Source: the human T2T-CHM13v2.0 reference genome, Homo sapiens. From it: a stretch of DNA of 64,000 nt. Within the stretch, counting starts at the first letter, position 1, and each line of letters begins with the position of its first letter. The position numbers and the translations under genes are program-made. Where the stretch lies: assembly GCF_009914755.1 (NCBI RefSeq), contig NC_060931.1; one strand, given 5' to 3'. Below, piece after piece: positions 54,067 through 64,000 of this stretch. The notes beneath the pieces are model-generated. The model saw only the letters and a program-made list of their open reading frames with translations. It had not been told where the DNA came from and searched no databases.

Positions 54067-54358
54067 GGCCGGACGTGGGCTCACGCCTGCTATGCTAGCA
54101 CTTTGGAAGGTCAAGGTGGGCAGATCGCTTAAGCTCAGGAGTTCGAGACCAACCTGGACAAGCAAAACCCCATTTCAACAAAAAATTAAAAAAATTAGCT
54201 GAGTGTGGTGGCGCATGCCTTTAGTTCAGGTTACTTGGGGGACTGAGGTGGGAGGATCACTTGAGCCCAGGAGGTCGAGGCTGCAGTGAGCCGAGATCCT
54301 GCCACTGCACTCCAGCCCGGGTGACAAAGTGAGACCCTGTCTCAAGAAAGAGAAAAAA
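54067..54358 (+). mobile_element. AluJb-like SINE
   Basis: Dimer; TSD AAAAGTTACCA. Confidence 0.92.
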
Positions 54359-56499
54359 GTTACCATCACTGGAAGGGGCTTCCAGGGAAAAAGTACTCAG
54401 ATGACCCATTTTACCCTTTTAAATTTAAATACAGATGATCATGATAACTAACATCTAATGAGCAAAATAATATGTTCTAGAATGGTTCTATGTGTTTTTC
54501 CATGTATAATCTTTGGAAATTATCTAGGCAACTTTATCTCTAGATAGTAAAAAACCTAGATAGGTTTATTATTATCTCTGTCTTGCAGACAAGGAAATGC
54601 AGGCACAGAGAGTTTAGCAATGTGCCCAGGGCCACTCATTATATTCCACGGTACTCATGATATTCCTGAGTACTTGTGTGGCTCTGAGAAACTCTGTTTC
54701 TCTGTGTCTTTTTAAAACATCCACAATTTTCCTTTAGGGCTCACGGGAAGAACAGTACCTTTAAGGTATTTCTATACTCGTGGTAAAATTTCTGCTTATA
54801 TGACCAGATTAATAAAAGCCGTTATCTTAGAAGGCAAACTGTATAGAAAAGTTCATCTGAATTCAGCTTTTCCCTGACCACTTTTATTGACATTACTCAG
54901 TTGACCCGTCTGTTTCCCAATTTAGCTTCCCTCAAGATTGTGGGAAATTTCTGATTTTTCTCAGGAACAATTGTGGATATGACTTTTTTGTGCACCACTG
55001 TTTCTGAAACTTCTGCCCACATTTAATGCCACTTCCTTATTAGGAATTATAATTATTAATGTCACTGTCTTACTATTGTCCCTAATTTGTCTCTAGAATT
55101 GAGACAAAACTAGAAAGCCTGCCATAGTTTCATTTCACTTACCAGACCAGTCCCTGGCTTTCTTCTTTGCCCATGCTGGTATATGACATTGAGCAATAAT
55201 ACACACTAAAATAATCCCCCATATTTTCTGTTTTTTAAATACCAATAATATGCACCTTCCTGTAGCGTATTTTTAGTGTTCTCAAATGTATTGAAGTATG
55301 GAAATCATCTGTGATCTACATACTGAACAAACAATATTAGTATTGCTTAATGTTTCCCTTCATAGACTTTTTTCTGAGGCCCCCATTCAGACTACAGCAT
55401 TAAAGAAAAGCTAATGTCAATCAAAATTCAAGTGAATTATAACTAGCAGTGTGTGAGCAGTATAATCGATTAGATCAATCTGAAAAGATACAATTATGAA
55501 AGCAGAATTGTGTCTGCTTCTCTAGTGGGCATGTCTAATTATTTTTATTTGCATGGAATATTAGTCAGACATTTAATAATTAAATATAGATTCACTTATA
55601 GAACAGCAATGCAAACAATAGCTAATATTTATTGACCACTTACTATGTGCCCAGCAGCGTGCTAAGCATTCAGTTTGCATGATTATCATCTAATACCTCC
55701 CAAACTCTATAACCTATATCATATATATATATATACATATATAAATAGTCCATATGCTAGTTGATACGCTGATTGATAGATGGCAGAACATATTCCCATT
55801 ATATAGACTGAACAGATGTTTCATTGATATGGTTTTATGAGGGCTATGAAAATTTATCTCGTCGCCCTACATTAACATGCAGTTTTCGCACTTATCACCT
55901 ATTTCATGTAGAAAATATCTTTTGTTCTCTAAGGGTTAGATCATTTATTCCAGCGAGTTCTATCAGGAAAATTAGCCTGACATTTAGCAGTCTTTAGCAA
56001 GAGTCAAAATTTACCAGAATGAACCGTAAGGAGAGATTAGAGGAGGAAAGGATTGTACCTGGGGCTTAGGATCTTTATCAGTTCAAACAACAGCCAACAA
56101 AAAGACAGTATTAGGTTGGAAGAGGCATAATTGGGAGTACAAAAGAAGGAAAAAGAAAAAAAGAGTCACAACTTTGGATTAGAATCATAATATTGGCTAA
56201 AGGCAGATATAATTTCCATTTCACACAAAGGGAAATTAAGAGATCAATAACCACACAAAGTTACACAGGTGGTAAAGCCTGGAATCAAATTCCAGGAGCC
56301 TGGTTCCAAATCCTTTCTACCATTTTTAAAAAATTATTATTATATAAGAGTGCTGCCTGGATCCGTTGTGTTTTTTCACTGCAAAAGGTGAGATGACTTC
56401 CTAAACCCTTCTTTAATCAGCCTAAATCTATGTTTTCTCATGTCTTTTGAGGTTCATGGCTAGCATTGGGTAAAAGCAGTTAGGAAGAAAAGCTAAAGC

Positions 56500-56740
56500 A
56501 GTATAGCCTAGTAACGAAATCTATGGACTCTGGATTCTAAACTTTTTGAGTTTCAAATTCCAGCTTTATCACTTACTGACTTTTCTTTTGGACAAGTTAC
56601 TTGAACTCCTGCATAGCTTTCCTTATCTGTAAAATGAGCACAATAAGAATGCTACTCTCATGGAGCTTTTTTAAAGGAAAAAGTAATACAAACTGCAAAG
56701 CATGCAGAAGAATCCTTTTCACACGGGGAATGCTCAAGTC
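56500..56740 (+). mobile_element. MIR SINE
   Basis: GCAGTATAGCCTAGT...GGACAAGTTACTT...CCTTATCTGTAAAATG core. Confidence 0.7.
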
Positions 56741-57397
56741 ATGTTGCAAGGTATTTCAACATAAATGGTAAGACACTGTTAGGACTGGGCATGGAGATGA
56801 AAATCACAAAGGCAATGAGGATAGAAATCCTCTAAAATAGACAAAAATGGCTTCATGAAAGTGACAGAAGAAACAGAGGAGATGCAGAGGTATGTGTTGG
56901 CAAGCTGACTGAGCAAATAAGGTGTAAGTGTTAAATAATGAGGAGGAAAAGAATGCAGTTTAACGTGTAGAAATTTCTAGGGAATAGGGAGGAAGCTTGC
57001 TTTGCCTACATTTTGGCTGTTTATAGAAGCAGTGGAAGGCAAGAGCTTCACAGAGGAAACTGTAAGAGATGCAAAGACATGGGAAGAGTTTAGAAGAGAT
57101 GGAAGGAAGCTATAGAAACAGACAGGATTAAACACAGGTTTTCCCTCAGAGGACTGGGCCATGGGGGTTACAAAGAGATAATGGAAAGGAATGTTGAAAC
57201 AGAATTTTATGGGAGGAAATGAGGATAATAAACTTGCCCTGGGAAAGTGGGTGGGGAGGATAAGAATGAGGAATTATTAGAGGAGAAAGAAGTAGGAAAT
57301 TATATTTGGCAGAAAAGAGTCAACAACCTATTTTCCATGCTCTGACAGGCTTAAACATAAACCAGGTACGTAGCCAGGGTTAAGAATTCGAGTAGTT

Positions 57398-57705
<308 letters not shown>

Positions 57706-58033
57706 ATTAGTCAGGTGGCAGACAAAGTAGAATTTTTCAGAGGACGTATTAGCGTTGGCTCTCTTCTAAATCTTCATCTCATAGACCCATCTGCTTGACC
57801 CAGAAAAGCTCAACACTGCCATGACATACACACACAGACTTAAGGCTTGATCCATGATGTGCATGAGTAGTTAGATGTAGAAATCCTTTTTCTACTTGTG
57901 ACTGGGTGAAAATTTGGGGTAGGAATGGCTGTTCTCAATTTTTGAAACTGTCTGGGTTCTTTTATAGCTACTCCATTAATTTTAGGGATTCTGACAAGAG
58001 TATGGTTTTAGAGTAACCTAGTTAAGGAGGTGA

Positions 58034-58387
<354 letters not shown>

Positions 58388-58533
58388 AATTTACTGTTTT
58401 ATTTAAATTTGAGTAGCTCACACAGTGAACTGTTATGACAGTGATCCTACTGAGTGGTAAAAGCCTCTGACCCACAGTGTATATGTAAGTGAAGCAGGAA
58501 GACAAATAGGTTATGATTGAAAGAGCTGGGCTG

Positions 58534-58595
58534 AATATAATATAATATAATATAATATAATATAATATAATATAATATAATATAATATAATATAT
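58534..58595. repeat. (ATATA)n microsatellite at an Alu tail
   Basis: ~12 units of TATAA. Confidence 0.9.
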
Positions 58596-58597
58596 AC

Positions 58598-58920
<323 letters not shown>

Positions 58921-59859
58921 TAGAACATAAGACATTCTAAATAATTTGACCTTTTGTCTGTGAATAATTTGCATATGTTAATATATTAAATATACTTTCC
59001 CAAAGACTATTTTAAAAAATATAGCCAACAGATAATAACATATATAACATTTTTACTTCTAGTAATCTTGTACTGTACTCATTCAATAAAAACCTTTTTT
59101 TTTTTTTTTTTTTGCAGAACTTCCAAATTTATAGAGACATAGACTCTACAGATAAAGGATGAAATGGACTCTATAGTGAAGGTCTTTGGTGTACATGTTA
59201 AATATGTGAGATTTAAAAATCTTGGACTGATAGGGTCATTTTTATATTAGATATTGAACTGAATTTAAATCTCAACTCTAGGTGGCAGTTTACACCATCA
59301 CTTACTTTAGTTCTTTTAACAAGCAGTAGATTCATTCACAGTTTTTCCATGAATGCATAATTTTGTGTAAAAATTAGTCCCTGGCTCTCGGTATCTGTTA
59401 AAAATAGATTTGATTTTAGGAATAAAATCATGGCTTGAGATGCAGGTTTTCCATGTATCTTGTCATTCTTGGTTTCATTAAGCCGACAGAATAAAGCAAA
59501 AGAAAATAGATAAAAATGAAGGTTTTAACCGAATTTTTTGGAGAAATATAATATTTTAAAATCATAGCAATAGTTCTACATCAAAGTTGTGCTTCTATCG
59601 TGCAGAATAGATCTTAGTATGAATAATTTTTCCATGAATACCCTGATTTTCAGAACTATCAAGGATATTTGAGATTCTGGGTTTTCTGAGATTGTTTAAG
59701 CGTATTGATTTAATTGAAGGAAAAACTGTCCTACAGAAAAGGAAAATGACTCATAGCTGTGTTTCTTTGCATCTTATTGATGAAAATAGCCAAAGCTGGA
59801 GTTTAATTGGGTTGTCAAGGACCAAAATACTCAGGCTGCCCAATTAAAAGCAATATATC

Positions 59860-60181
<322 letters not shown>

Positions 60182-60190
60182 CATATATCA

Positions 60191-60375
60191 GGCCAGGCGT
60201 GGTGGCTCATGCCTGTAATCCCAGCACTTTGGGAGGCCTAGGTGGGCGGATCACTGGAGGTCAGGAGTTTGAGACCAGCCTGGCCAACATGGTGAAACCT
60301 GTCTCTACTAAAAATACAAAAAGTAGGTAGGCGCAGTGGCGGGTGTCTCAAAAACAAACAAACAAACAAACAAAA
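60191..60375 (+). mobile_element. AluS with internally deleted right arm
   Basis: Complete left arm and linker, then GGCGCAGTGGCGGG|TGTCTC and an (AAAC)n tail. Confidence 0.85.
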
Positions 60376-61223
60376 ACTCCCCCACCACATACCCCAACAG
60401 TCCTGCATGAGGCATTTTGTCCTGATTCATATTTGCAAGAGCCCCAACGATAGGATACACAGAACAACTCCTGGGCACTTATCACATAAAAAACTTGCTA
60501 CACTTCACAGTTCTTTCATTGTTTCAGTTCTAGCAGGAGAAAAATGCATAAAGGATTTAAATTTTGTCCTAAAATTAGATTTTCTTTAAATTGGGGGTAA
60601 TAACTGTGTTGTGAGCATGAAATAAGATTATGTTTGCATACAGTGACTGGCACCTGGCATTCTGCATATTAGTTATTCTTATTCTTACTATTCTTATTTT
60701 TATTAATAAGAAATGTTAACTACAATCCCAAAGAGACTGGCCAATGTGGCAAACTCATGAGCAGCTTTTATTTAGGGAGTTGCATGCCTTCGGCTCCCCT
60801 GGGCCTATCCCTGTCTCCATACTCGCCTATGTGTAAAAGGAACATAGGAAAAAGCCATATGGCATGGGCGTAGGGGGTGAGGATATTAGTCACTGGAGTG
60901 TGAAAATTAACAATTTCCAAAATGTGTCTAATTGTTTATAAAAATGAATACAAAATTATATTTGGCAAAACTTGGAATCATTTCTGCATTTCTCCTTGAT
61001 ATATATGTGTGTGTTATGTGTATGTATATATATATGTGCATATATAATATAAATGCATATATATTTATAATATGTGTGGATGGAGAGAGAGGTATACATT
61101 TTAATGTCATCACCATCTGCACTCTCAATTTATTGAATGATATTCTTCAGGATTTATGTAGAAGTCAAAGGTACCAACCCTATTAATAGAATGTAATCTC
61201 TCATTTCACTCAAGTTCCATTTA

Positions 61224-61714
<491 letters not shown>

Positions 61715-62139
61715 TCAACAGTTAAAAGCCTCATCTATTTAACCCAATGTGCTATAAAAATATTCTTCTATGCATAGCCTCATGTGAAAAAAGTTGGAGA
61801 GAACTATTCTAGCATTGCCAGGTATTCTCATTATCAAGGTCTGAATATGTTCCCCCATTGCCTGTCGAGCAAAGGCCAAACTTCTTATGGTGCTATTCAA
61901 GTCCCTACAGCACCTGGTTCCAGGCTGCCCTTGCAGGTCTATTTGTCATCAATATCCTTCCACAACCCACATAGGGATGCCGTGTTTCCACCTCATTTCC
62001 AAATGCCCAAATCCTACATGGTTCAAATGCAACTGTCTCTACACAGTCCTGATTCCTCCAACCGGAATGAATCCCCTCCTTTTCTAGAGCATTTGTCACT
62101 CTGTATGGCTATTCTCATGTTCTACAATAATTTAAATCT

Positions 62140-62650
62140 TGGTGTTAACTAGGATTAAGCTCAGCTACATGTAACTGAAAATTATCCAAAATAATAATAG
62201 CTTAAACACATATATTCTTTTCTCTTTCACATATTGAAGTCCTGAAGGAGGCAGCTGAAAGCTGTTTCACTGCTTCATGGTGTCATCAACTTAGGTTCTT
62301 CTGTCCTGTTGCCCTGCCGTCCTTGGCACATGGCTTCAACCTCAGGGTTTAAAATGGTTGCTCAAGCTGGGGCCATTGTATCCACAATCTAATCAGCATG
62401 AAAGAGGAAGAGAGGAAGAAGAGCATCGCCTCTGCACTTCAAGGGCCCATTCTGAAAGTTGTATATACCACTTCCACGTATATTACACTAGCCAGGATTG
62501 AATCACACGTCCATATCTAGCAACCAAAGCAGCTGACAAATGCAGCCTTTATTCCATGTGGCCATATGCTGAGTTTAACAATATAGGGGTTATATTAATA
62601 GGGCATAAAGACAGGATGATATAGGTACAACTATTAATCTCTGCTCCATT
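62140..62650 (-). mobile_element. MLT1-type MaLR LTR relic
   Basis: AATAGCTTAAAC...; AAAATGGTTGCTC; CACTAGCCAGGATTGAATCACACG...CCATATCTAGC. Confidence 0.55.
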
Positions 62651-62904
62651 TACCTATGAGAAGTATAAACTTTTTGATCTATGTTTGATTAACTTTGTAA
62701 TATAAATCAATACATTTGATCTATAGTTGATCTAACTTTATAGTCTTAGAATCAGGAACAGTGTCATATATATTAATATTGAATGAACAACTACATGGAT
62801 AAGAGTAAGGTATGGGGATACTAGTCCTCTGCACTTTTATTGACTCTGTCAATTCAAGTGACATTGAATATTGAGCTTGAATACCTCTGGCATTGATTTT
62901 ATTT

Positions 62905-63223
62905 TCTCTTTAATTTTTATTTGATTTTATTTTTGAGACAGGGTCTCGCTCTGTTGCCCAGGCTGAACTGCATTGTCACAGTCATGGCTTACTGCAGTCC
63001 CAGCATCCTGGGCTCAAGCAGTCCTCTCGCCTCAGCTTCTCGAGTAGCTGGAACAGGCACGTGCCACAACGCTTCGATAATTTTTTTTTTTTTTTTTTTT
63101 TTTTTGTAGAGACAGGGTCTCATTATTTTACCCAGGCTGGTCTGGATCTCCTGAGCTTGAACAATCCTCCTGACTCAGCCTCCCAAAGTGCTGGGATTGC
63201 AGGTGTGAGCCACTGCACCTGGC
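62905..63223 (-). mobile_element. AluJ-family SINE
   Basis: Reverse dimer. Confidence 0.9.
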
Positions 63224-63299
63224 TTTGATTTTATCTTATTATGCTCACATGCCTACCAGACATTGAGAACCAAAGTGATATTTAAATATAGGGAAGTAA

Positions 63300-63615
63300 G
63301 GCCGGGCATGGTGGCTCATGCCTGTAATCCCAACACTTTGGGAAGCCTAGGTGAGCAGATCACCTGAGGTCAGGAGTTCAAGACCAGCCTCGCCAACATG
63401 GCGAAACCCTGTCTCTACTAGAAATACAAAAATTAGCTGGGTGTAGTGGTGCATGCCTGTAATCCCAGTTACTCAGGAGGGTGAGACACAAGAATCGCTT
63501 GAACCCGGGGTGGGGGTGGGGGGAGGTTGCAGTGAGCCGAGATTGTGCCACTGCACTCCAGCCTGGGTGACAGAGTGAGACTCTGTCTCAAAAATAAAAA
63601 TAAAAATAAATAAAT
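63300..63615 (+). mobile_element. AluS-family SINE
   Basis: Dimer with a G-run expansion in the right arm; TSD A(T/C)AGGGAAGT. Confidence 0.92.
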
Positions 63616-63769
63616 ACAGGGAAGTGAGATGAAAGTGATTACTCCAAATATTTTGAGCAATGGATATCTGGAAATCATGTGTATTATACTTATGCTAACG
63701 TCAAATTTAAATGCCATTATTGGCAAGCTTACTGTTATTGCTCCACTCCAAATATCTGTATGGTTCAGA

Positions 63770-64000
<231 letters not shown>

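Overview
Primate, most likely human, genomic DNA: AT-rich and dense in interspersed repeats. A CpG island at ~27.5-28.65 kb holds the promoter and first exon of a minus-strand gene whose exon 1 encodes only Met-Leu-Thr-Glu before a GTAAGC donor. This matches the N-terminus of SNX13 (MLTEASLS..., recalled from memory). Positions 1-27,973 are therefore intron 1, containing a near full-length old L1PA with a nested solo LTR and Alu. Positions >28.3 kb are upstream intergenic sequence with ~20 Alus, a full-length Tigger1, LTR/L2/MIR relics and a processed pseudogene of MRM3 (RNMTL1). The most notable observation is that this retrocopy lacks MRM3 exon 1. It starts instead with ~314 nt that is antisense to exon 2 and the adjoining intron of GLOD4, the head-to-head neighbour of MRM3, so it looks like a fossil of an overlapping antisense-initiated MRM3 transcript. 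Also notable: a TISU-initiated 52-codon uORF in the SNX13 leader, a duplicated self-complementary ~195-bp intronic element, and a tiny polyadenylated LTR-fragment retrocopy with a TSD. All identifications are by eye and from recalled sequences; no database search was run, and repeat subfamily calls and boundaries are approximate.
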